From Octopus sinensis (lineage: Eukaryota): DNA of 64,000 nt. Location: positions 1-64,000 of the forward strand of contig NW_021833800.1 of NCBI RefSeq assembly GCF_006345805.1, written 5' to 3'. The notes under the pieces were generated by a model. The model worked only from the letters and a program-made list of their open reading frames with translations. It ran no database searches and was not told the DNA's origin. This document shows positions 11,125 through 22,573 of the stretch, piece after piece (the stretch's first letter is position 1; every line of letters starts with the position of its first letter). The translations under genes and the position numbers were made by a program.

Positions 11125-11773
11125 ATGCATGCGCTCGTAAAACCTTGTCTTCGACAAAAAGTCAGACTAGATCGGAAAATATGGATCCATTCTCAATGAG
11201 TTCATGGATTCTCTTGACGGTGCTGGCATATGTGATCCAATAGGCCTGTCCTTGTTAGACGCTTGCTAAAATTAAACATTCCTTGATCACAAATGCTGGG
11301 TTATCCCGAGGCGATGGATTAGCCCGCATCACACAGCAGCTGCTATGGCGACGGTCTAAATAGGTGTGTGTTGGTTTTTGAATGTTACGTTTTGATATCG
11401 CTGTGTGATTGATTATCTCTCTGTTTATTTTGATATCATTATGTGATTGGTTTGTTTACTGAAGCTGTGATAACAAGGCTGGTGGTTGTATGGAATAGGT
11501 TGGTTGGATGAGAGGAGATTGACAACAATAACAATAACAACAACAACAACAACAACAATATCAATATCAGGATTAGCAAAGAGGAAACAAGAAAAAGAAC
11601 AAAATGTACAAAATAAATTGTTATTTATATATATATATTCATACGCACACACATATATATTTGGGCATATACACATTTGCAGTCACATATATGTATATAT
11701 ACACACACACACAATATACATATAATATATATAATATATATATATGAATGAATATATTATATATATACATATA

Positions 11774-11839
<66 letters not shown>

Positions 11840-12021
11840 TATGTACATATATACATAAATGCGTTTGTGTATATACACACTCGGACACACATACAGATAT
11901 ACGTGTGTTTATCTATCTATCTATATATATATATATATATATCGATAGATAAACACACGTATATCTGTATGTGTGTCCGAGTGTGTATATACACAAACGC
12001 ATTTATGTATATATGTACATA
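11840..12021. repeat. Perfect 78-bp inverted repeat around a 26-nt TA-rich spacer
   Basis: 11840-11917 is the exact reverse complement of 11944-12021. Confidence 0.92.
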
Positions 12022-12036
12022 CACACACAAATACAT

Positions 12037-12070
<34 letters not shown>

Positions 12071-13023
12071 TGTGTGTGTGTGTGTGTGTGTGTGTGTTCA
12101 TACTCATATACATTAACGCATTTTCTCTGAAGCACAGAAACACACACACACACACACACACAACACACACACACACACACTCATACATATATAGGCACAT
12201 ACACACGTGTTTGTATCTTCGCAGAAAGAATGGCGGTGTGGATGGTTTAATGGTGGCCATTAATTTGTTTGATTAATTTATTTGGAAGAGTGACAAGTTT
12301 AAGAGTAATTAGACATTGATTGGTGTTGTTGACCAATGGAATGGAACAGACATAGTTGGGGGTCTCTTGGTGCAAAGAGGAAGAGGAAGAGCAGAAGGAG
12401 GAGGGATAAAGAGGGGCAGACGAGATAGATAAGGGAAATAGGAGAGAAGAGAAAGAGGGGTGAAAGAAAAGATGTGAAGAAACTGGAAAGAAAGAGAAGA
12501 GAAAAGAAAGTAGGAAAGAAGGGAGAGAAGGAAAAGAGAAAGCGGAGAGGAGAAAGAAGAGGGAAATGTAAAGTAAGAGAAGAAAGTTACTGGCTAACTC
12601 CAGTGATACGGTTTCGATTTCCGAAATGAGGTATAAGTTACGTCCGGCGACAATTCTGGACAAGTTTCGGTTTTATTCTCCCTCTTTCCAGAACAGCAAA
12701 CTGGTAGATGTGTTAGCGCGTCGAACAAAATGCGTAACAGGATTGTTCTTTATGTCCTGAGTTCAAATTCCCCTGATGTCGACTTTGCCTGACATTCCTT
12801 TGCGGGTTTGTATTTTAAGTTCTTTTCTGTCCTGTTTATCCAACTGTAAAAGTGTACTAGCTTAGTCACGATTGAGCCTTTCCCTCATCATACATATATT
12901 CATTACTCGCACATACTCATACACACACACATACACACATTCATATTTATGTATATATATGTATATATATATATATAATATATATATATACACACACATA
13001 TATATGTTCTTTTTTATTGTTTT

Positions 13024-13180
13024 TTCTTTTACTTGTTTCAATCATTTGACTGCGGCCATAATCGAGTAAATTGACCCCAGGACTTATTCTTTGTAAGCCT
13101 AATACTTATTCTGTTGGTCTCTTTTGCCGAACCGATGAGTTACGGGGACGTAAACACACCAGCATCGGTTGTCAAGCTAT
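13024..13180 (-). mobile_element. SINE family A, 3' portion
   Basis: acttgtttcaatcatttgactgcggccat...gcatcggttgtcaagc matches the family A 3' half. Confidence 0.8.
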
Positions 13181-13340
13181 GTTAGTCAAGCTGCTTGAAT
13201 AATAGACAGAATCCACAACTATTGAAAAGGTTGCAAGACGCAACGAAACTTTTGGGAAAATAAATAAGTAAATGAGTGGAAACCAGACCGGTGAGTGTGT
13301 TAAATTATAAGGCACCAAAATAGAATGACTTTCCCCAGAC

Positions 13341-13385
<45 letters not shown>

Positions 13386-13623
13386 CAAGGAAAAATTATA
13401 AAAAGGCAGAATGCTAAATTGGAGGTAAACTTTAATGAAAATTGATGTATGGAAAATTTTAAAAAAATATATATATATTAATTCAAACCGGTTTTCGTCG
13501 CAATGCGACTTTTCAAGAATTGTAAGGTGAAAAGAAAAGGTTTTAAAAAAATTCTTCCATACATCCATTTTCATTAAAATTTACCTCCAATTTAGCATTC
13601 TGTCTTTTTATAATTTTTCCTTG
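13386..13623. mobile_element. MITE (238 bp) with ~75-bp terminal inverted repeats
   Basis: caaggaaaaattataaaaaggcagaatgctaaattggaggtaaa... mirrors ...tttacctccaatttagcattctgtctttttataatttttccttg. TA on the left flank. Confidence 0.75.
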
Positions 13624-13661
13624 CCTATCATTTCTCCACGTGCGGTCGACACAACCCCACC

Positions 13662-13711
<50 letters not shown>

Positions 13712-13982
13712 ACAGTATATATAAATGTGATTTTGTGTGCTTATCCATCTATCAATCTATCTATCTATTTATTTATTTATGTGTCATATTTAACTAAATC
13801 TAATTTCCTGTGAAGAAGCCCTTGTCTACCCCACACCCACACCCTCTCGTTTCAACTCATTTTAAGACAGCAATGCTTATATTTTCCCATCAAAAGAATA
13901 TGCTGAATAGAAGGGTCTCTCCTTCATTAATTTCCTGTTAGTTGCCTCCCTTCGTTTTTTTTTTTCGTTTCTGTAATAGCAA

Positions 13983-14039
<57 letters not shown>

Positions 14040-14285
14040 CTGGCATTATTTTGCTTAAAGAAACCCCATTAAATAAACGAAGTCTGTTTATTGTTTCAAC
14101 TTGTAGTCATTATTTGCTTTACATTTGTTTGGGTGTAAACAACATCACACTGATGGCCGCTTCCGTCTCTGGCATAGTGAGAGCGCGTGTGTAGTTGCAT
14201 GTGCACGTGAGTGTATACACAAACACTACACATCATGTATGCATATGTGTATGTATGTATATATGTATGCATGTATCTATCTGTA

Positions 14286-14333
<48 letters not shown>

Positions 14334-14400
14334 CATACACACACACACACTCACACACATATACATATATATATATATACAGATAGAGAGAGAGAGAGAG

Positions 14401-14453
<53 letters not shown>

Positions 14454-14457
<4 letters not shown>

Positions 14458-14722
14458 AAACTTATAAAACAAGGGCAAAAGAAAAATCCTAATGCCAAAT
14501 ATGCCGAAAATAGACAAAATTGTCAATAACCATAATAATTTATGCGTCTCGAAACAAACCGAAAGAAATTTCTAAAAAATTCCGTTATTACCGTATTGGT
14601 CCCAATTTCAGAGTTAATTCATAAGAATTTTCTCCTCATTATTATGGTTATTGACAATTTTGTCTATTTCCGGCATATTTGGCATTAGGATTTTTTTTCA
14701 CTTATTTTATAAGTTATTTATA
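14454..14722. mobile_element. MITE (~270 bp) with ~85-bp inverted arms
   Basis: aatcctaatgccaaatatgccgaaaatagacaaaattgtcaataaccataataat mirrors attattatggttattgacaattttgtctatttccggcatatttggcattaggatt. Confidence 0.75.
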
Positions 14723-14772
14723 AATTTAACCTTTAAAGGTATTTTTTAATATGCTTCCCATTGATAAAATGT

Positions 14773-14823
<51 letters not shown>

Positions 14824-15478
14824 ATATATGTACTTATACATGCATATACAGGCACACACGTATATACATATAAAAACAAAATACACACACGCATGCATGC
14901 ATAGTTACATACATACATATTTGAATTTTTATTTTTATCGCGATTTTCATGGCTAAAATTTCCATAGAAGCGAAAAACGTCTGATCTTTCGAACGATTCA
15001 GCGCTGGAAGACGGTCATAACTTCGAAACACGATCTATGCCACTGGATGGTAAGTGGGAATTATTTCCATGGGTCAGTGCAGATCATGTAAGACTATCGT
15101 TAACTCGATGGATTAGTCGAATGGAACTGCAGCGCTGCCGTTGTCTGCATTCTTAAGAACAAAGTACCCAATGCTTCGATCCAATTCCATATCGTGGATT
15201 TCTACAATTCGCTAAGATTAGCGACTTCAGCACCGAAATTGTCACGAACACTAGGAAGACATTCTTATATTTTGCTGACTTTTGCTGAGTCGAAAAGAAA
15301 GACTTCTCGCTGTTCGATGTTTGTGTTGAGAGTTACGATGGAAGTGAGGTCGCGGGTAAAGTTAGAGTAATTGTCATGGACATCTTTGTGAAGTGCGTAC
15401 TCACCTACAGCTCGGCTTTGTACAGAGACGTTAACTGTCACTTTTGAAGCAATATGAATTGTCACAACACGAATAGAT

Positions 15479-16611
15479 CGTGACATCCTCTGGAAGGTCA
15501 TGCAGGCAGATGGTATCCCACCTAAACTTCTCAATCTTATCAAAACTTATTACCGCTCAACAAGATCCCGCGTACACGTGTATGGTGAAGTGTCGGAACC
15601 CTTCGAAATATGGTCTGGCGTTCGGCAAGGATGTGTTCTTTCGCCAACTCTTTTCAATTACGCCATCGACTGGATCACCACAAATGCATTAAGGGAGTCC
15701 CCCGGTATCACTGTTGGTCACAACTTTTCCGTCAAGGATCTAGACTACGCAGATGACATTGCGATACTTGGCGAAACATTTGCTGACGTCCAGTTTGCTA
15801 TCAATGAGCTCCAGCGTGTTGCATCGCAGATTGGTATGAAAGTCAATGCTTCGAAGACCAAAATCCTCACAGCCGGCTTTGCCCCACCAGACAAAACACC
15901 CATTGTCCTCAATGGGGATATTCTTGAAGAGGTTGAGAGTTTCAAATACCTTGGCGCCATCATTACAGCTACAGGTCAAGGTGAGGCTGACATTAAAACA
16001 CGAATCGACCTCGCTCGCCAAGCCTTCAACGGACTCAGTGCACGACTCTAGTCAAGATCTGAGATCCGACGCACCACCAAAGTACGGATCTACCAAGCAC
16101 TAGAGCGAACGATTCCCCTTTACGGCAACGAGTCATGGCCGATGACGGTGGAAGATATTAAGCGACTAGAATTCTTCGATCACCTCTGTCTACGCCACAT
16201 CCTTCGTGTCCGATGGCATCACTTTGTCTCCAACAATTCGGTGCGACACCAGTGCAGAATCACCTCCCTCCGACAAGTCATCCTAACGAGATGTCTACGT
16301 TGGCTGGGTCATGCCCTCCGTCGTCAACCAGGAGAATTCATCTACGAAGCAATTGCTCCAGCTCCCCTTCAGGGTTGGCGAAAACGATGTGGTGGACAAC
16401 GAAAAACCTGGCTGATGACAGTCAAGGCTGATCTGGAACCCAACCTAGACCCCCATATCTACGGCGTTCGTCGCTGGAATAAGGAGTGGTTGGAGATCAC
16501 GCGGTCGTTAGACTCAAATCGCCAGGCCTGGTCGGCGTTTGTGAGAGATGCAGCATTGAGGATGAATGAATCCAGCTCAACCCACCTCGGGTGAATGCTG
16601 TCTCAAGTCAA
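15479..16611 (+). mobile_element. 5'-truncated RTE-clade LINE (RT and C-terminus, one nonsense codon)
   Basis: GVRQGCVLSPTLF, DLDYADDIA and FKYLGAII motifs. ORFs 15500-16051 and 16142-16594 are in one frame, separated only by the TAG at 16049-16051. tcaagtcaa tail. TSD gaatagat at 15471-15478 and 16612-16619. Confidence 0.92.
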
Positions 16612-16779
16612 GAATAGATTAGGAAGGATTTAATTGGAATCTGCCAGTGTCGGGCACATATTTAACGTCTGAAGTTGCTTCCGTATCCATGGTTCCGGTC
16701 TATGATTACACACTAATACCCATGAATATGTATACAGCAGCATACATTTAGCGTAGTTGACACATTAGCTCTCTCTCTC

Positions 16780-17070
16780 TTTCTATTTGTTATTGATATC
16801 AGATGGTTTGTTCATGATATTTTTTCTCAGAAATTGCACTGCTTTGAAGAATTATTGTGTGAGATGGATCTGTCCATGACAGAACAGACGATGTCTTTAC
16901 ACTCATCGCTGTTCCTTTACCAAATTTACTTTGTGACAGTGAAAGAGCCCTATGGTGGTATATACGACTCTTAAATGAGTTTTCTGTGAAGCCGATATAT
17001 GATGCAATACTGTCAAATCAACGATGCAGTTACATATGCGGTGGTTAACCAAGGCACATGATTTAGTTTT
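16780..17070 (-). pseudogene. Penelope GIY-YIG endonuclease remnant
   Basis: Minus strand reads YIGFTENSFKSRIYHHRAL...KGTAMS and then SKQCNF, matching the Penelope YIG..E..FK.R...H and SK.C.LC motifs. Confidence 0.65.
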
Positions 17071-17297
17071 TCTATGTACAAGGGACACACTCCAACCCAC
17101 ATCAATGTTCAGTGTCCCAAGGACATTAACACGGCTCAATTGAGAGAGAGAGAGAGAAGGAGAGAGAAGGAGAGACTGCAAAACATATAGGTAGAGAGAT
17201 CAGTAGATTGACATATGGAATTGGTGTGGGTGATAAGATTTTACCCAAATGTAAATACATTTTTTATGGAGTGCGTTGTGTTGGATTTTATTAATTA

Positions 17298-17694
17298 CTA
17301 GCAGTATCGCCCGGCGTTGCTCGGATTTGTTTCGACCCTTTAGAATTGGAATTTTTGAAAAGTAAAAATTTTGCATTATGTAGCTTGTTATTCTCTCTTT
17401 AAGTGAAAATTTTTCTGGTTGAAATACACCGAAAAATGGCGACACAGCAGTCAAAAAATCGTAAAAAATAGGGGTTTTCATAAAAAAAAAGCACCTTTTT
17501 GATGTAAATAATTTTTGGTGTTAACATGGTCCGATTTGAATGTTTCCTTCTACGGAAGGAAGAGCAAGCCTTCTTCTATCATACTCTCAATTTTGGTCAA
17601 CTTGCGCCACAGGGTCTCGGAGGAAATAATGTTAGTTGAAGGCTACCAAACCTGCCATACACTGAAGACAACTTCAGCTGAATATAGAGAGAGA
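17298..17694 (-). mobile_element. Non-autonomous Helitron (397 bp), second family
   Basis: A|TC...CTAG|T termini. The 3' end ccgagcaacgccgggcgatactgctag is shared with 8727-9120, but the interior differs. Confidence 0.8.
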
Positions 17695-17902
17695 TGTGGT
17701 TTAGAGAGTCAGTTAAATGTCTCATGCTACAACAGACTCTCTATGAGGTGATATACAAAGGGAGTTAGCGTCTTGTATATAAAATGTTGTCAATGATGCA
17801 CAGAGGGCGTTAGATGTATTAGGTTCTTTTATAATGTCATATCCATACAACGCATAACACGATATAAATTTATCTCCTCAACTTCACAGCATGTCATAGC
17901 TA

Positions 17903-17989
<87 letters not shown>

Positions 17990-18013
17990 CAATCTATCTA
18001 TCTATCTATCTCA

Positions 18014-18051
<38 letters not shown>

Positions 18052-18064
18052 ATCTATCTATCTA

Positions 18065-18121
<57 letters not shown>

Positions 18122-18122
18122 A
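17903..18122. repeat. (TATC)n then (TA)n microsatellite
   Basis: Direct inspection. Confidence 0.95.
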
Positions 18123-18754
18123 CTTATCAGATTGTCTTTCCATCCATCCATTTATTTGCCGGTCTGTCTGTCTGTTTTCTGTCTCACACTTTCTCAGCGT
18201 TGTCTCGCTCTGTCACGTTTTTTACGAAGCCGTGTCTTCTAGCACGAACGTATGCACGTACGTACACGCACACACATGCTCTCTCTCACACACACACACA
18301 CTCGTTACGTTGTTATACATATTCCCTCTCTAGCACTTTCTGAAGTGCCGCCACCATCGCCAACCCAGCCATTCCACCACCGTAAACAGAACCTAATCTC
18401 CTTAAACCCTGGCTAGATTCGAACCAAGTCTCCCGGGGGTTCCACCTTTTCCGTTACGTCTAATTTTTGCTGCTTTCTCAGATCTTCAAATTGTTCTACT
18501 CCAGTTTTTGTAGCTTTCTACGTTATTCAAGTCACACACGCACACACACACACACACACACACTCACTCACGCACGCACGTACGCATGCGCGCGCGCACA
18601 CAATACAAGCGCGCACGCGCACATAAACATTACACACACGCGCACACGCAAACTCACATACGGAAGACAAAACGTGACACACAACTACGTGCGTATAGAC
18701 ATTCATGCATACAAACATACACAAAAGCCGGCATACACACATACATACACAATA

Positions 18755-19285
18755 TATTTCTTTACTACCCACAAGGGGCTAAACAGAGAGGGGACAAACA
18801 AGGACAGACAAACGGATTAAGTCGATTACATCGACCCCAGTGCGTAACTGGTACTTATTTAAAGGCGGCGAGTTGGCAGACACGTTAGCACGCCGGGCGA
18901 AATGCTTAGCGGTATTTCGTCTGCGTTACGTTCTGAATTCAAATTCCGCCGAGGTCGACTTTGCCTTTCATCCCTTCGGGGTCGATAAATTAAGTACTAG
19001 TTAAGTACTAGGGTCGATATAATTGCCTTAATCCGTTTGTCTGTCCTTGTTTGTCCCCTCTGTGTTTAGCCCCTTGTGGGCAGTAAAGAAATAGGTACTT
19101 ATTTAATCGACCTCGAAAGGATGAAAGGCAAAGTCGAACTCGGCGGAATTTTTTGCCTTTCATCCTTTCGGGGTCGATTAAATAAGTACCAGTTACGCAC
19201 TGGGGTCGATGTAATCGACTTAATCCCTTTGTCTGTCCTTGTTTGTCCCCTCTATGTTTAGCCCATTGTGGGTAGTAAAGAAATA
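18755..19285. mobile_element. Two head-to-head SINE B 3' halves (fold-back), left arm interrupted by another SINE
   Basis: Left arm 18755-18862 plus 19107-19132 (minus) and right arm 19152-19285 (plus), with a 19-nt loop at 19133-19151. Confidence 0.85.
18863..19093 (+). mobile_element. Full-length SINE B (long tail) inserted in another SINE B
   Basis: 13-bp TSD ggtacttatttaa at 18850-18862 and 19094-19106. Confidence 0.92.
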
Positions 19286-19324
19286 TATTGTGTATGTATG
19301 TGTGTATGTTTGTATACACAATAT

Positions 19325-19855
19325 CCCCTTTCTAACTAGAAAGGTTATGGCCTGGTCAGCCTGTAATGACATGCATAAGATCTGGTCATCAAATCTAAGT
19401 AGAGACTTCAAACTTGAAATATTCAAAGCCACAGTCGAACCAATTCTACTATATGGCTCAGAAACCTGGACGTTATCAAAGAAGCCTGAGAGGCGGTTGG
19501 ATGGAACCTACACTCGCCTCCTTATGAGAGCTCAAAATCTCTCGTGGAAGCGCCATCCAACCAAAATGCAAATATATGGGAAACTACCACCTGTGTCATC
19601 TCTTGTGAAAGGTAGGAGAGTCCAGTTTGCTGGACATTGTTGTAGAGCTGAAAAAGAAGTAATTTCTACTCTTCTCCTCTGGAAGCCATCTACTCGCAAT
19701 ACCAGAGGGCGCACACTCTCCTACCCCGATGCAATCTCCAGGGATACAGGCATCCAGCAACAGGACCTCCGTAATGCTATGATGGACCGTGAAGTCTGGC
19801 GTAATATAGTAAATTCCATTGTCTCGACCACGGTCGAACAATGATGATGATGATG
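19325..19855 (+). mobile_element. 5'-truncated RTE/RTEX-group LINE 3' end
   Basis: FKATVEPILLYGSETW...RRVQFAGHC...GRTLSY, (ATG)n tail, TSD atacacaatat at 19314-19324 and 19856-19866. Confidence 0.88.
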
Positions 19856-19905
19856 ATACACAATATATACACAATATATACCAATTCATACATATATATA
19901 TATAT

Positions 19906-19955
<50 letters not shown>

Positions 19956-20294
19956 AGGAAAGGAGGGAGAGAGAAAGAGAGAGAGAGAGAGAAAGGAAGA
20001 AAGAGAGATAGACTGGTGGAATCTACCAACCAATAGCAAAATCTAGCCAGCATTTACGTCAGCTACTATTAAATGCGCGCGCGTGCGTGTGCTCGTCTGT
20101 GTGTCGTGTGTGTGCGTGCGCGCGTCTGTCTGCCTGTGTTTGTATTTTCCTAACTCTGAGCTGCCGATATATCTTGGTTTTACTGTGTTTCTCTCGTATT
20201 TAATCACCTGCGTTACGCCACTTTGACACACCTGACTAGCTCTAAGGATCGACGTATCAAAATTCTTTTATTCCAGCATTTCTCAACTGAATTC

Positions 20295-20381
20295 ATTAGT
20301 TATATACACCTGGTAATTAGTTACTTACACATGGCAATTAGATATATATACACCTGGCAATTAGTTATACACACCTGGCTA
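20295..20381. repeat. Four ~21-bp tandem units (attagttatatacacctggYa)
   Basis: Units start at 20295, 20316, 20337 and 20360. Confidence 0.85.
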
Positions 20382-21109
20382 TTTGTGGTTATTGTCTAAA
20401 CATCAATCAACCGCCTTTCATTAAAATGTCTTGTTCCGGAAATTTGTGATGATTTATCTCCCTTCGCAACAGCACCTTCGCTTTCTGCTTGGTTGTACAA
20501 AACCCGATAACGCTCGAATACCCTCGAATTCTCTGTCTTCAAATATTCGTTATCTGTTATATAAATATGTTAATTGGCCCTAGAAGATATTTATTTCGTC
20601 TTCTGTTTCTGATTTAGCACCATGTCTCCTAGAAACGCAAGACTTTAGAGAATTATCTCTCACACTTTAGTCATTTTTGAACTTTCGTTATATTTAAAAA
20701 ATTTTTTAATCTATTTTCAATCCAAATTTTAAACAGAATTCTAAAACCGTAGCTTCTCTGATCTTTCTAAACTATTTTGAATTAACTTCTTCTTCTTCTT
20801 CAAAAAAAAAAAAAAAAAAAAAAATAATTTTTTCAATAATCCAACACAATATTTTTTGATAAAATTTTTCGAAAAATTTTCGCATCATAATTCTTTTCAA
20901 AATATTCGACAAATTTCTAAACTTCGCATCTTTATCAAACATTCCTCATACACTAATCCTTAAACATAGGTCCACAGTATTTAATATTTAATTTGTCCCT
21001 TCGCCCAACTAAACTTATCTTCGTCTTTTTCAATTTTGTGCTTCCATTTTCTTTTCATAAATTTCATTCACTCTCCGATTCTTTTCCTCTTTCTTTCATT
21101 CTAAACTTT

Positions 21110-21322
21110 TTTACTCTTTTACTTGTTTCAGTCATTTGACTGCGGCCATGCTGGAGCACCACCTTTAGTCGAGCAAATCGACCCCGGGACTTATTCTTTG
21201 TAAGCCCAGTACTTATTCTATCGGTCTCTTTCGCCGAACCGCTAAGTGACGGGGACGTAAACACACCAGCATCGGTTGTCAAGCAATGCTAGGTGGACAA
21301 ACACAGACACACAAACACACAC

Positions 21323-21397
<75 letters not shown>

Positions 21398-21568
21398 CAT
21401 ATATACGACATGCTTCTTTCAGTTTCCGTCTACCAAATCCACTCACAAAGCATTGGTCGGCCCGGGGCTATAGCAGAAGACACTTGCCCAAGATGCCACA
21501 CAGTGGGACTGAACCCGCAACCATGTGGTTGGTTAGCAAGCTACTTACCACACGGCCACTCCCGCGCC
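21110..21568 (-). mobile_element. SINE family A, full length, with expanded internal CA/TA tract
   Basis: Complete head-to-tail match to 539-937 on the reverse strand. Confidence 0.9.
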
Positions 21569-21749
21569 TTCATGTCGTATACAAAATTCTCACCTCAAGA
21601 GAGCATAAAAATAATCGAAACAAGTTTACAAACCTGTTTGAATAAATAAATTATTTAGTTCTCTCGAATTCAAACCTGAAATGTTTAAAAGTTCGAAAGC
21701 CAAAAGCGCGGACGAATAGTGTAAATATATTTGGTTATATTGATTTCAA

Positions 21750-21913
21750 ATTCATGACACAAGGTCAGCAATTTCTGCTGGAGCGGGTAGTAAGTCGATA
21801 ACATCGAACCCGGAACCTTCCGAGAGGATGAAAGGCAAAGTCGAGATCGGCGGAATTTTGAACAGTTGAAATGCACCTAAGTAGGTTTACGATTCTGCCA
21901 GTTCCTCGTCGCC
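21750..21913 (-). mobile_element. SINE family B short-tail remnant
   Basis: ggatgaaaggcaaagtcgagatcggcggaatttt...gattctgccagttcctcgtcgcc. Confidence 0.65.
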
Positions 21914-22573
21914 TTGACAACAACAACAACAGCAACTACAACGACAACAACAACAACAACAACAACAACCACAGCAACAACAACCACAACAACAACAACC
22001 ACAGCAACAACAAAAGCAGTGTACGTTTAGTGAACCAATAGACTGATGTCTCTTTCCAAGACCTTTGCTGTGTATCAGCATCAAGAAGGCATTTGGTATT
22101 GAAGAACGAGAGATTCGATATCTATTCCACGAGGAATGTCTGCTATTGGTTCATTCCAATAATCTATATTCACGATGCACTGAGGCTGTTATCATCGATT
22201 CTTGGCCGAGAAATTATGTATTTGTGTGTGTGTGTATGTGTGTCTTTCTCTGTGTGTGTGTGAATAATTGTCTGAGTGTGTTTAATGAATTTGTGGTTGC
22301 ATTGGTTTAAGAAGCTTGCTTCGGAGTCACGTGGTCCCGGGTTCAAATCCAATGGAGAACAACTTGGGTGATTTTTACACCAGCCCCAACTTTTATTCCC
22401 CATTGAAATTAGGGAAACGGAAATACTGTGGAAGCCCATCAAATATATTTCCCCTCTAAATCAAAGGACCAGCATGTCACACACTGCTCTCTGCCGATTC
22501 TTCCCGAGGATTACATTAAGGGTACACATGCGGAGTAATCGTCTGAAACAGAGATGGTGGGCTTCTTAGGACA

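Noticed and set aside
14930-15200. Cadherin-like words (ELDRS, ADNGS) in a minus-strand frame
   Set aside because: The hallmark DxNDNxPxF motif and correct spacing are missing and the frame contains stops. Kept only as part of an unassigned block.
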